Source: the human T2T-CHM13v2.0 reference genome, Homo sapiens. Taken from it: 64,000 nt of DNA. The DNA lies in the NCBI RefSeq assembly GCF_009914755.1, contig NC_060935.1; one strand, written 5' to 3'. A program made the translations under genes and the position numbers. Below, piece after piece: positions 27,236 through 40,704 of the stretch (positions within the stretch are counted from its first letter, which is position 1; each line of letters starts with the position of its first letter). Below the pieces are notes generated by a model that worked only from the letters and a program-made list of their open reading frames with translations, ran no database searches and was not told the DNA's origin.

Positions 27236-28574
27236 TGCAGCCTGGGATGCCGATGAACAGGGACACTCCTCTCTCCGGACAAGTCCCTCCTGTGGTAGGA
27301 ACTGTTTATGTCCTAAGGACTCACTGGAGGGGACAGCCAGGAGCCCCTGGCTCGTATTGTATCCCTCTTCCAGGCGGTGTGACCCAGTGTGAGTTAGCCA
27401 GTGTCTCTGCTGTGAATCACACATCAGCAGCATTGGTGGGGCTGGTGGAAGCGGCTGCAGAAAAGAAAGGGTTGCTTGCATACTCATGTCAGGTGGGCCC
27501 GGTGTCCCCAGTTCAGACAAGAGTGTGACTGTGCAACTGCCCTGCGGAGCTGGCGGTTCCCTGGGGAAGCTGACTTTGGTTCCACCTGAGATGCTGCTTC
27601 CAGGTCCCCTGATCTCATATGGCTGCTCCAGAGGCTTTGGGAGTTGGGTCCTCTTTTCCTAGTTTTTCCTTTCCATGCCTGTCTTACTGGGCACTGAAGG
27701 CTGATTGTGTCAAATGATTTGTCCCTCTGCTAGTCACTTGCCAATGCCCTTGGAAAGGATGATTTGATGATTAGGCAGGTGCGATGAGTCATAGTAGTGT
27801 TTTAATTCACCCTTGCAGATAGCTCACGGCCTATATTCTGATATTTCTATTCTTTTTTTTCTTTCTGTTGTCCGGCATACTCCTCACCTCCGTGCTGAGA
27901 GGTCTTGAAAATAAAATAGCACAAAGGGCTTAGTGAGGCTAGACCATTTCCTGAATTGTTTGGCCACTGTTAAACAGGCCCTGGGGGCCTCTGGAGTGAC
28001 CTGGACTTGTTGGGGAGTTGGGGTCAGAGGGCTGGGCTGGTGGCGCTGGGTCTTCTTACAGATTCCAGTAGTGGTTTACATGTTCTGATGCCTGAAAACA
28101 GAACTAGGTGATGTTTTAGAAGAGACATTGAATTAGATGATGTGAGGTTTTCCTGCTGCTCTATTTTGAAGGTTCCATGAAGAAAGCTGACAGTGAGAAT
28201 GGGTGTGCCAGGTCTGTAGAGTAGACCCATTTTACAGATGACCAAGGGTTCAAGCAGCCCACAGCCTGGAAGAACAGTAGTTGCTCCAGAACCCTGGGCG
28301 GGGGAGGCGGGGGGGAGGCGAGCATTTTTTTTCAAAAGGCGCAGGCTGTGGAGAAGTGAGTCCAGGATCTGGGTAGGGGTTGTGGTTGCCCCCCTAAATG
28401 TTGCTGCCCTTGCACTGGCACATTCCTGCTGTTTTCTTCTGCTCAGCAGAGCCGAACGGCTCTCACTTCCTGGCTAGCTCTGTGTGCTGCCCCACCCCCT
28501 CTTGGCGAGCATTGCCTGTGTTTGTTATTGTAGTCCTGGCTCCAGGCCAGGCCTGGCTGCGAGCCAGACTTGTG

Positions 28575-28598
28575 GGTACAGTATGTACAGTGAGTGCT
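28575..28598. promoter_or_regulatory. Candidate GR/AR/PR/MR response element (overlapping pair)
   Basis: GGTACA-gta-TGTACA-gtg-AGTGCT. Motif match only; ZBTB16 is a known steroid-induced gene. Confidence 0.6.
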
Positions 28599-29705
28599 GA
28601 GCCAAGTTTGTCATCATACACCATTAATTTTTTTTTTCTAATCTGGTTGGGGTGGGGTGAAGGAGGAGGCAAGAAAAGAGTTTCTCCGATGCTTGAGAAT
28701 AGGCCGCATTGAATTCCGCAGAGATGTCATTTCTGAAAGGCAGACGGAGCTCCGGCTTGTTCTTCCTTCGCAGTTTTTCCTCCTTTCTCTCCCTGTCGTC
28801 CTCCTCTCCTCTTCATTTCCCTATCACGCGAAATCAGCCTGCAGGAGATCGACAATGCAGGTCTTATTTTCAGTGACTAGAATACTAAATTTACACTGCT
28901 AAATCAGTTTTCATTGTGTTGAAATTGACAATTTGTTTAATTAGAAGTTTGCCCTGTAGGAGGCCCTTCTGAGAGACAGTGCCTTCCCTTTTTCTCTCTC
29001 CCTTACTTTCTGTTTTAAGGGTTTTTAAAAGAGCCTAAATGGTAGTAGTGAATTTCAGTTTAATTGAAGTTTTAATTTCAATTCGAATGTGTGAATTAAT
29101 CAAGTGTTTATGGGCTATACCTGATGATCACAATAAGTTTAAACTAACTATCAATAACCAAACTCATTAACTAATGAGATGATCTGGCCAGGCCCTGCAT
29201 TCTCAGAGGTGGTTTTGGGGGTCAGAAGGGTTTGCGTGTTGGGGAAAGAGGCTTGGGGTGGGAAGAGAGATGACCTCCAAGGCTTTGCAAAGCTAGCCCT
29301 GATGGAGGGTGAAGCTTGGGTGTAGGACTGTGGCCCTTCCCCTTCCTGTGTCCCAGGAAGACTCTGAAACCTCCCTCCTCACCCTCTGCTACCTTACCCC
29401 TTTTGGGGATCTGGCATTGAAGCATCTGTTGATCCACTGTCTCTTCGCCACTCCTTGTCGTAACACGAGAAGTGATTCCTAGCTCTGAGGTGTCCATGCA
29501 GAGACCACAGACACATGCAGTGACTCAAATTGGTTCTGAGATGGGCCAGTGTAAGGTTTCCCATTAGGTAGATTTCCCACAGCTTGGCTTAACGTCCTGG
29601 TGGCTTATAAGTGAGCATGCCTAGAACTGCTTGTCCCTATTTTTGACTCGGCTGCATACGATTAGGGTTTGAGTATTCATGTGGCCTGCTCCTATTCTGG
29701 GAGTG

Positions 29706-30200
29706 TCATTCATTTTTGGAGCCAGAGGATGTTTAATAAGCACGAATTGTGTGTCAGGCTCTGTGCACTTAACAGTGAAGACTGCTACAACATCCCTGCC
29801 CTCAAGGAGCTTAAGTCTAGAGTGGGAGATGAGTATGACTATGCAATCATCATACAAGATGGTAATGTGTGCAAAGTGCTAAGAAATCTAGGAGAAATTC
29901 AGAGTAGGAGAGTGTTTTGTGCCAGAGGGTAACAGAACAGCATTTTGAAAGGACTCGGTGAGGGGAAGCCGAAGCCACCTATGGAAGTGGGTGGTGTAAC
30001 CTGCGAGTGTAGGCTGGGCCTGCAGGGAGAGAGCAGAGTGCAGGGTTTAGAAGAGATGGACGAGATACATCTGTGGAAGGAATAGCAAAATGATCTGCAT
30101 TCTCCCTGAAGCACTGGAGAGCCACTGAAGGACTGAGTAAGAGGGTGACATATTTTTGTGTCTGGAATAGAAGGGACTGTTGGGCTTTTTTTTATGTAGA
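29706..30200 (-). mobile_element. L2 3' region
   Basis: tcattcatt...gtgtcaggctctgtgc...catccctgccctcaaggagcttaagtctagagtgggaga...ggagagccactgaagg. Confidence 0.65.
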
Positions 30201-31386
30201 CTAGGCTAGAATATAAGGTGAATAAAGCCTGTTGGAGAACTTGAAGACTGGCCGTCTGTGTTGGGGTGTGGCTGGAGTGTTGAGAGGCCTGTGCCTTCTG
30301 TGCTGGTTAGGGCCCTGTGGCCCCATTCTGCCAGGTGGGAGGCCCCATCCTTCCACTCCTCTCTTGCCCTTGTCAGGCACTGTAGGCCCTGGCTGTTGAG
30401 AAGCATCCCTGAGATGAGGCTCTTCCCCAGAGTTAGAGCCATGGGGAAAGAATGAAGGCTTTCGTTGATAGATTTTCTGATTTCAGCAGCAGCATGGAGT
30501 GGCTGGGGCTTATCACCTGGGACCTGGGTCATCCTCCTGGCAGGGAAAAGGGCTGGAGGAGTCCTTCAGATTGGATCTCTTAGGCTTTCCTCTGTCGCGG
30601 TTGGACGGAAGAAGAAAAGCATTACAAGATGGCAAAGATCTGTGGCTTGTCCTTGTTCTGTTTTATTTATTTATTCTTTTTTGGAGCACTGAGCTGTGGG
30701 TTTCAGTTTCTTCTCCTCAAAGACAGAGAAGATGGGGGAAGAGAGGTAGCTGGAAAATTCCCTGTGACTGGGAGGAGACAGTGCGAGGTGGTCCCCACGC
30801 TGATGATGGGAGAGGTGCCTTTGAGTCCAAAGATGGCTTCCCCTCATCTTGTCTCTCCTCCCATTCACCTCTCTCCTCCCAGATTAGGTATCTGCTCAGA
30901 GCAAGAGACTTGGGGCTGCCCAGGCTTGTGAGAGCCCATGGCCAATCCATGCACCCTCTGCCCACTCTCCAGTCAATACCAGCTATCCCTTCTGGTTAGC
31001 TTCCTACCATCAGGGCAAACCCGGGAGATGACCAGGAAGAAACTTCGTTCATGTTCCTTGACTCCCTCCACATTCCTTATGTGGGGGCGCCTTTGGTTTT
31101 TGGGTCAAGGAAGTGGAGAAGATCAGATGGGGGTGGCTCAGAGGCCAGGCTGCCCTCCCTTCGGTCCGCATGGGTGATGCGGATGCAGAGAGTGGAAAGG
31201 GTGAAGGGAGCCACTTTCCCCCAGCTCGCTCTTGAACACACTTCTCTTTCTCTCTCTCTCCCTACTCTGAATTTGGCTTGCTTCCCGAACTTTTTCCCAG
31301 AGTGGTGTCGTCACTGGCCTGCCGGCAGGTCTGGATGTTCTGCCAGCATTCCAGAGAGTTTATGATCGCTTGCAGATGCGCCTCCA

Positions 31387-31401
31387 AGAACACACTGTAC
31401 C
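31387..31401. promoter_or_regulatory. Consensus glucocorticoid/androgen response element
   Basis: AGAACA-cac-TGTACC is the exact reverse complement of GGTACAnnnTGTTCT. It lies in non-repeat, CpG-retaining sequence. Confidence 0.72.
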
Positions 31402-32487
31402 CAAAGCAGAAATTAATGCAGGCTTGACTACCGTCCAAGCCCGTACACGGGAGAGAGGAAAAGGAAAACAAAAACTGTTTAATGCTGTTTATAAATTATA
31501 CACTGGCTGATGAAAAATACATTTCTTTCCTCTCCCCTTTTACTCTCCCCCCAACCCGTCCTCAGTCCCCCCCCAACCCCACCCCCACCCCTTCTCGCTT
31601 TCTGCCTCAAGAGCCTAAACTGAGACCAGAAGAATATGGTTTTGCTTTTTAGCTCCTGTTTTGGCTGGGATCCGAAACCCTGCTGCTGATTCACAGCCAG
31701 AGTATTTTTCCCCTTTACCTGATGAAATATACTGATTTTCCAGCCCAGATGGGGTGTTTTTGGTTTTGTTGTGTGGGTTGTTTTTGTTTTTTTTGGTTTT
31801 TGTTTTTTGGCCAGGGATTTTGTTTACAGCAAGTATCAGGTTCCATGATGGTGCTGGGTGCGATGCTGGCCCCAGGGCAGATAAATCCCCCACGTAACTG
31901 CCACCTTAGTGCTGCGGTTTTGCGTGCCTGGGTCCCCCGGTCCTAGTCAGGCCAGCTGAACCGAGAAAGTTGGGAAAGTTCATTGCAGGTCATGGTTTTA
32001 AACAGTGTTTTCACCAGTTCTCTCCCACCCCTTCACCTACAGCCCCTGTGTGAAGAGGGGGTTCACATGTCCCTGCCCCCAAATACACATGTCTCTGTCT
32101 CCATATGGTGCCTTAGCAGGGGTTGGGGAAGCTCGTTCCATCTACCCCTCTGGATCCCAGCATCTCCTCCCACCCCGCAAATCCCCCATCCCAATTTATT
32201 CTATAAATTTGTTTCCACATTATGTCTATCCATTTACATGGCTTTTGTGTTTTTTAATACTGCTAATGTTTATCGTTTGCCCAACAGGCTCGACAGATTT
32301 TGCTTCCTGTAGAGCATCGAGGCTTTAGAGCCCCCTCGTTGCTAAGTAGCAGTCTCCCTGTACTGTAATGGGCTGATTTTGTATTCTGTTCAGCGCTGTA
32401 TCTTATTTTTGTATGCAAGACAAAGTGTTTTGATGGAGGACGATTGCGGCAGTGTCTGGAGGCTGTTTGGAGTTTTATGGGCTGTAC

Positions 32488-32502
32488 AGTACACTGTGTG
32501 CT
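32488..32502. promoter_or_regulatory. Candidate GRE/ARE
   Basis: AGTACA-ctg-TGTGCT, with an extra AGAACA half-site at 32511-32516. Confidence 0.6.
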
Positions 32503-33939
32503 CTCTGAACAGAACACAGGCTGTTGAATTTTGGATTGGATTTGTCATTTTTCCCCCCTCAGAGAGGAGCCTGTCAGATAGAACATTACTTTGAGGGTGG
32601 AGGGAAGAAAGTGGAAATTATGTAATAACCTTCTTCCTTCTCCCTCTCTCGATGATTTTTCTATCTCAGCATAGGGTGGTTTCTTCCACACAAACCCTGT
32701 CTCATGCCACCACATGATTTTGCACAGCTAGAGGATGACGGTCTTATTAGGAAATGAATGGTGCCCTAGAGGGATGGATGCTGGGACATCTGTCTGTCTG
32801 CCATTTATTCTCCTAGTCTCCCTTTCCTCTCCTTTGCTCCTGCCATCCTTCCTACGTTCTGGGTTGCCTTGCTGGTCCTTGTTATTGTCTGAGGATGAAT
32901 AGATATGGGGTTATTGGGGAGGGATATTTACGTGGGATCAACCTGATAATGGCAATGCCATTTCTGATTTCCAGGGCCTTTTCGTCTTCCCTTGGCTTCG
33001 CAGACACACACCCTGCCGGAAGCGTTCTTAGGAGGCCTGGCCGTGCTTTCTCTTGCCCTCAGCCCCATTCCCTAGCCCTCTAACCAGGCTGGGCCTGGGT
33101 ATCTGTATCCAGGGCTGTGCCTGAGGGGCCCCACCCTGCTTTGGGCATCCATCACGCTACTGCGGCCCTTACTTTCAGTGCTCTTGTCCAGGTCTCTGTG
33201 GTGGCAGGTATTTATTTTTCAGCTCTTCTCTTCTCCTTCTATTTCTCCCCAATCTGCTTTCATCTCACTTCATCTCTTTGTCCCTGTCCTTTGTGTCTGT
33301 GTCAGCCTCGGCCTTTTCTTGACACTCCTGTGTATTTTCTGTCTTCCTTCTTATGTCTTCATCTGTCTTTGTCTCCATCTGTCTTCGTTGGTCTTTTCTC
33401 TGTCTCTCTCTTTCTCTGTCTTTGTCTCTGTCTCTGTCTCTCCCTGCCTCCCTGCCTCCCTGTCCTAACCCACCACCTCAAAGTTTTTTTTAGCTTGGAA
33501 GCTGGGCAGTGGTTGGAATGGAAAACAAAATGTCACTCTGGCCCAGAGGTCTCCCCAGAGGGGAGGACTCTTGAGCCAGTGTCCCTAGAATGCTCCCAGC
33601 ACCTAGAATCTCATGTGCTCTTGTCCCTTGCCTCTCAGGGGCCAGAGTGGGGCTTCTCTGGCTTGGCCCCTGCTTTTCCCAGGTCCCTGGATGTTCCCCC
33701 CAAATCCCAGTTGTGTTGAGAATGGGCAAGTAGTTTAGCAGGGTTAGGCTTTACAAGGCCCTTATTGGACTTTGCTGGTACTGTGCTCTCCTGGGCCAGT
33801 ACTGTGCACCTGAGTGCAGGACTCAGCAGCTGCCCTCACATACTCATGCCCTAGCAAAGTGCCTGGTACATAGGAGTGTTGTGCACTGATAGTATCTGTC
33901 AAATAAATGAATATCCTGTTATAAAAGTGTTTGTACTAC

Positions 33940-34107
33940 TAGGGCAGATCTGGGTTTGGTGGGGCCTGAAGCGTACTCAGTTTTGGGTGCTGTCTCTCAG
34001 AAAAGGATTATAAATACCAGGTGTTAGAGCCTCTCCCAGGAAAGGGGTCAGTGCCAGGGAGAGGCCTGAAGCTTCAGCTTTACTGGCTTCCGGGAGAACA
34101 GGCCTGG
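33940..34107. mobile_element. Non-autonomous hAT (Tip100-group-like) DNA transposon remnant
   Basis: agggcagatctgggtttggtggggcctgaagc ... ggcctgaagcttcagcttt ends resemble this family. Subfamily not assigned. Confidence 0.45.
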
Positions 34108-34574
34108 GTGAACCACTTGAGAGGTTGCTGTTGAGGGGTCTCACTTGGAACTACTTAGTGGGGTGGCTCAGGGCTGAGGATAGGAGGGTGTCATCTGCCC
34201 AGCTCTGGGGACCTTCAGAACCTGGGACATCTGTGCTCACAGGCCTCAGGTTTATGTTCCATAGAGGTCAAGCCTTTGGCAAATGGCTGCAGGTCGCAAT
34301 GGGCCTGGAAACATCATGGTATTTCACATGCTCTTCTCAGTGAGGTTGCTTGGTAGGGATGGACCCTGAGTTCCAGCTCACCCAGAGCAACCAGGTACCT
34401 AGGCAGCCACTCTTGGTAGCATCCTGGCCTCCACACTAACCCTCGGTGACTGTCAGTGAAATGGCATGGCATTCACTCCTCTCCCAGGTGTTCAACTGCC
34501 TAGGTCTGTGGCTGTGGCTCTCCTGCGTTCTTGGGGCATAGAACTGCAAGTATCGTGGGGCAGAGGACTGGTCT

Positions 34575-34576
<2 letters not shown>

Positions 34577-34622
<46 letters not shown>
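34577..34622 (+). repeat. (GT)23 microsatellite
   Basis: Direct read. Confidence 0.97.
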
Positions 34623-34624
<2 letters not shown>

Positions 34625-37600
34625 CCATGAGGGAGAGGGGGCCTGGAGGTGATGGAAGGTGTTTGCAGACATCTGGGCATCTGTTCTGTGGAGCTTGCAG
34701 ACTCATCCATTAAATGAGGTTGGTGAAGATTGCAGGATTGGACAGTCCTTTGGGTAGAGGGACTCACTTGTTGGAGGGTATGGAAAAGCTGCAGTGTCTC
34801 CTAGAAATCGGGGACACAGTCCTAATCAGAACACCATGTGTGCATGTGTGTGTTTGTGTGTCCAAGCATGGGAACAAAAAGAGATTGAGAAGAAGCATTT
34901 ACATGAAATACTCAAATTTGTTCCTTTGCTGTAATGGGCCCGCACAGACCATTACCTTGAAGATTTAAAAACTAAATGAGCTCATCATATCGAGTGACTT
35001 CTACCGACATTCATGCTTGATTGCAAAGCCTGCTTTACCTTTGAATTTCAACTTCATTGTTTGTTATTAATTCTCAGATGGTGGTGGTGTGTTTCTACCT
35101 TTTGGATTCAGCCATGAAAATGTTGATTTTGTGTGATGGATGTGAACATTTCTCAACAAGACCCCACTGAAGAACCTTTTCATTTTAAAAATAGCCCCAT
35201 GACCTTTGGGGCTCAGACTGGAGTTTCCGAGGAATCCAGTGGGCTGAGGCAAGGCTTGGGTTGACTTTGGAGGGGGCAGAAGTTTGCATTTTTTTGTCTA
35301 ATAATTTGAGTTTCATATGAATGATTCTGTGCTCCGTGCAATACTATGCATTTTCATAACTGTCTCTTTCACTTTGGGTAAAGGAAGGGAGGGAAAAAAT
35401 AACAGCAGCAGCATTCTGTGGGCAAAGGAAGAAAACAAGAGAATGGGGCAGAGAACAGGCTAAATTTAAAATTGTAATTGGCTGACTTCCACTGGCTTGC
35501 GGGTGTTTTAATGACTCATAATAACTTCATTTAAAACCAGCTGAGCAGAAAATAGATTGGAGAGGAGCCTCGGGCCATTATGGATTTGTGGTTTTTTTTT
35601 TTTTGTTTTTTTTTTTTTTTTTTTTTTTGACAAGCTTGGTTTTCAGCAGCCAGGAAGGCTCTCAGAGAGGGCTTGGCTGTGTTTTCTCTCTCTCTCTCTC
35701 TCTCTGAGGGTTGGTGGTCTGCCCAGGAGAGATTGTATAGAAACCAGGGCGAGTTTTTTTGTTTTTTTTTTTTTTTAAATTCTCCCTCTACCCCTTGCTT
35801 TTTTTTTTTTAACTGATTAAAAATAGATGCCTTGAGGTATTATTTTAGCATCAGTAGGATTTTTTTCACCTTTGATGTGGTAAATGGAACATAAATAAAA
35901 TTGTTTTTGAAATTACTGAATTAATTAGGTAGTAAAGCAACCACAATGCATAAATGTCCTTGGCCGTCTGGTTTTTCTCCCTAACCCTGATCTATATTTG
36001 TAGGGCGTTCCCTTTTCTCCCCAGCCCCCTCCTGCTCTCCCAGCGACCCCTCCTTCCTCTGAGCCTGCACCTTCCCTTTGAATGGCAAGATTCTTTTATC
36101 ATCCCGGCAACAGCTAAATGATTTTTTAAAATCCATAGGATTTTGACAGTATTGGTTCTATCTGGTTATCTGATCAGCTCCAGGAGTTTTGGGACTTGCC
36201 AGAAAAGGCTCTAACCTGGCTCTAGTTGTTTTAAATAGGTCCTGCCTGTTTCCCATGCTAGGCCTGGTGCCCGACCGGCGAGCGTTCCTTTTTCTCTTCT
36301 CTTTTGAAAAGTCAGCCGACTCAGCCCTAGGATGTGTCTGTCTGGGCAGGACAAGAGGCCGCCCTCCATCTGATCGCTCTTAGCCATTTATCTATCCCCT
36401 CTTATGGCACCTGTCACCTTCTTTGTTACATAGCTATTTATTTGCTTGGCCTTTTTTGCCTACTAGACTGTAAGCTTCTTGAGAACATGTGATTTATTTG
36501 TGTCCCCTATACTACCTCGCTTAGTAACCTGAATGGTGGTTATAACTCAGTCATTTGAAAAATAACCTAATGGGTGAGTGAGCAGGCATGCGGATGGGCA
36601 CATGGTAAGGAACAGACCTGAGGTGCTGCCTGCTTCCCTCCAGCCCCAGGAGTCAGCAATCTGGATGAGAAGACAAGGATGGAAGGCGGGGACCTTGTCA
36701 GTAGTGTGCTCTGTTGCATCCTCACAGCGGGACACATAGCAGGCTCTCAGGAAATATCTGTTGAAGAAGTGAAGGGCTCAGGATGCATGGTTTGGCTGCA
36801 GGAAGGAGAGAAAGACATTTATTGAAACTTGCTGTGTTCCAGGCACAGTGCTATGTGTTCTGCATATCTGAACTCAGTCTTTCTTCAACTTTGGAAGACA
36901 GATATGCTGATTCCGTTTTGCAGATGAGGACAGTAAAGAGTTAACTTGCCTAAGATCATAAAGCTAGAAAGTAGCAGAGCTGGACTTCAATCTCCCTCTC
37001 TTTCTCTCTCCTTCCACCCTGTGTCTTGCTTTTCTATTATAGTATAGCATGCTGCTATACCTAGCCCTGGCCTCGTGCTGTTTGAGTGCCTAAATGCCTG
37101 CTTCTCTGTTTGTAGAGCTAACCAATCTCAAACTGGGGAGCTGAGACCAGGAAGGCCCTGTGCCCAAGGGTCCTGGGGGTGGGGAGGGTGGCATAGTAAT
37201 TGGCTGCTGCCTGTGTGCCTTGCACCTGTGCCACCAGGAGCAGGTGTGGCTTATTAGCCTCTTCCTGCTCTGCCAGAGGAGCATGTGTTCAGTGGTTGTG
37301 AGTTGTGGCTATGACTTCTGCTCAGTGCCTTGTAGGGTTGGGGATAGGAGGGTTCTGGGAGCCTTGCAGGAGGGTCTGTGGGTTAGTGTGTGGCCCTCCC
37401 ACCCAGGGAGAGCTTGACTGTGTCATGCCCCCCACTCCTCCTTTGCACTATCCTGCCAAGTAGGAGGGGTAGGAGGAGAGAGCTGCCTGTGGTCCCTCCT
37501 GCATGGCGACGCAACTGGGTGCTCTGCTTCTGGTAGATGCACCCTGTGATGCTGGGGTGGGGTGAAAGGGGCAGCCGACCTGTGCTGCAGCCCAGAAATG

Positions 37601-40600
37601 TGAGAGCTGTGACCACTTGGGCTATTACTAGCGCCTTAGACTTCAAGCGTCTTGGAGTATGATGCATCAGGAAGGTTGGGCCTCCCTGACCTTTCAGATT
37701 ATGTCCAGTGAAGCTGGACCACTTGACATGAGGCTGGTTGTGTCCATTCTCTGACAGCCTCATCTTCCCCAGGCACGCGCTGGGGATGCTGGAGCTTTCT
37801 CTGGGGAGCGAAACATCAGCCAAATGGGAACCAGATGGTGAAGGTTGAGCAGCAGAGAAACCTCGATGACTACTCTGGGTCACACGTGTGGCCCTCTTTT
37901 GCAGGAAATCGTTTGTGAAGTCATTCATCAGTTAGCAACTGAACCTAGGGCCAGTGGTGTGCAAAGCTTGGCAGGGTGGACAGAGGGGTTGAAGCCAGTG
38001 TCCTTGTCTGCAAGAAGCTGGTGGTCTGGCTGAGAGGGTGACACGAGCCCCCTGGCAAGAGAAGGCGTTGAGCAAGGCTGGGTGTGCTCATTGTGACCGC
38101 AAGAGGAAAGACTGAGTGCTGCAGGCATTTAGAGTGGGGAGAAGCTCCTAAGAACCAGGGGAATGAGGAGAGCTTCGGGAAGGAGGTTCATGGGATTTTG
38201 ATGAGGTCTTTGCTGCTGGAGTATCCAGAAGGAGTGCTGTGGTGGGAGTGGCCTACCTTTCTGGACAAGAGGAAGCAAGAACTTCTGTGAGCTAGAACCA
38301 TCCAGGCAGGCATCTCTTTCCTCCTCATCCTCCTCCGCCCATAGCCACCTGGCAGAGACTTAGAGCCCAGTTTCTTGCACTTGGGAGTCCTCCAATCCCT
38401 GTGATGGCTGTGGGCCTCCTTGGCCTGGAGGTTGAGAAACACTGCATTAAAGATGAAAAGCTGCCACTTCAGGGGGCCCCTCCAAGTTGAGGCATCCATA
38501 AAACAAACACATGTGAAAGCAAGGCTTAAAATTGGATGCGGACCCAGAAGATTGTAAATTTCTCATATAGGATTTGATGGACTAAAAAATATGTTACGAG
38601 TACCTAGAACCCCACAAAGCCTAGGTTGAGAAGACAGGTCAGAGGGCTGCCTCTGGGTGAGGCTGAGGACAGAGTTGGCCACCCTGGAGGGCCAATGGAG
38701 GAAGCATCCGAGGACGGTCTCAGGACGTGCCCCAGCCCACCTCCTCGGACCACGTGGGTGAAGCCCCTGTGTATGCCTTTAGTGAAGACTGAGCTTGTTC
38801 ACCGCGTAGATGGAAGCCAGTGGGAGAGAGGGGCGGATACCTCTGTAGTCAGGGGCTCCTTTTGTTGGCTCTCTCCAGGATTCAACCTGACAAAGACATG
38901 TCTTCCAGACTTTTCCCCAGTAGTTAACGCACTCCCTCCTCCTTCCCCCAAACCAGTCCCGTTTTGATTGGAATTCTTTCACTTGCCTGGGACAAGGGGA
39001 AAAAAAAAAAAGCAAATTCTAAAGTTTTCATTAGGTAGTTGGGATAAAAAGTCTTCTGGGGTAGTTGGATTAAACTTCAGCAGCTCTCTTACTGACTATT
39101 ATAAGCTAATTGAGCACAGGGAGCTCATTGGCGGCTGCATTTTTGTTGGAGTAATTATGAAAGACCACAGTCATTTTCAGTAACAAGGTAACTCCGGGTA
39201 AAGACAGAACTCTCTGAAACTTTGGATTTGCTGGAGTCTTCCTTCCTCAGTTGCCTTTGCTAATATGAGCCCGGGATAAAGGCCCAGAGACCAGATATTT
39301 TGGGAGGCTACTATCTTGCCTGAATATCCCGGATCTCCCAGTGCCTTCATTGGGGCCTAATGGACATAATCCAGCACATCTGAGAGAGCACTGCTGGGGG
39401 GCCAGTTTTGCATTAATTGAGATTTGGGGTCTGGAGTCAGAAGCTCTGGAGTATAGGCTCGAGAGGGACAGGTGCAGCCTTTGAAGCTGACCCGGGAGCA
39501 AAGAGAATCACAGTGCACTGTCTTCATTACTTATTTATGCACCAAGAGCAGGGTCTGATTATAGATAATGAGGCCGAATGATACTCTCTGTCTCTAATGA
39601 GGTCCTGTCTGTCCTGTCCGAGCAAAGCGTGGACCAGCGTATGTAGGACTGTGATGACAACCCTGGGGATCTTTTCTAGCCCATAGGATTCTTGATGGGG
39701 AAACATTCCTAGACATACAGTCCTCCCACTGAACTCCACCCCCATCCAGAATCTCTATCAGGAGCTAGGAGCCGGCTCAGTGGGCTGGGAAGGGCCTTTC
39801 AGTGCCCTTTGGACGGGGCCCTGGGGCCTTGCCAAGCTGAACGTGTCCTCTGGGTGGCCTGCCTCACCTCTGGCCTGCTGCCCATCAGCATTGAATCATG
39901 CCCCTCAGAGGACAGCATGTAACTGTGCTTCCCGATATAGCCCCCGGCCCCCCAAGGTGACAGGAAGAGTCATTGTCACGGGAGTACTCCATCTTTCTGA
40001 CACCACAAGGCCGGCGTGGCTTTCTTCCCTACTGCTCAGCCCTGCACAGCCTAGAATTCTGCTTTGGGAGCATACATAGAGTTCACAGAGCTATTTTTTT
40101 TTCCTACTCTCCGTCTCCCACTTTAGTTTTCAGAACTTTATCTCAGTCTCTGGCACGGACTATCTGCTTCCTTCCTCCATCTCAACATTATAAAAGTTTG
40201 TCACAGTCAGAGGCTGGCTGAATCGAAGCAGAAATGTGGTGTTTGGTTAAATTGTAAAATTAGCTAGGAAAGTTAATGAGGCGTTCCGCCTCTGCCTGCT
40301 GAAGAGCAGGACGTTTATGAAGGTGCTTCAAAGCACCCTGCCTGAGAAGGAAGGAAAGGGAGACAGGAGCAGCAGGGGAAGCTGCCCAGGAGTGTAGAAG
40401 AGCCTGGTCCAGGTGAGTTTCCAGGCCTTGGACGTGCCTTTCACTCGCTTAGCTGAATGGAACCTGAGAAATCATCCCCTCAATCCTCCTGCTGTGGGTC
40501 CAGCTCCATCTACCCACTCCGAGTCCATAGGAGTTCCCTACTACATGTCCAAGAATGTCCTGCGACCGCACACAGCTGGCCATGGTTAGCCATTCTAGTG

Positions 40601-40704
40601 CCCAGATTTCCTTTTTGTCCTGGGCAAGGCAGAAGAGACAAAAACTGAACACTTTGCCTTAGAAGGAGCCCATGGTAGAAAGGAGGAAACCAGAGATAAT
40701 GACA

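Noticed and set aside
33117-33719. 200-aa ORF, the longest in the window
   Set aside because: It crosses a degenerate CT/GT low-complexity tract that is depleted of stop codons. The Leu/Ser/Cys/Phe-rich product is a compositional artefact.
37383-37928. 181-aa minus-strand ORF
   Set aside because: No domain, splice or promoter support visible.
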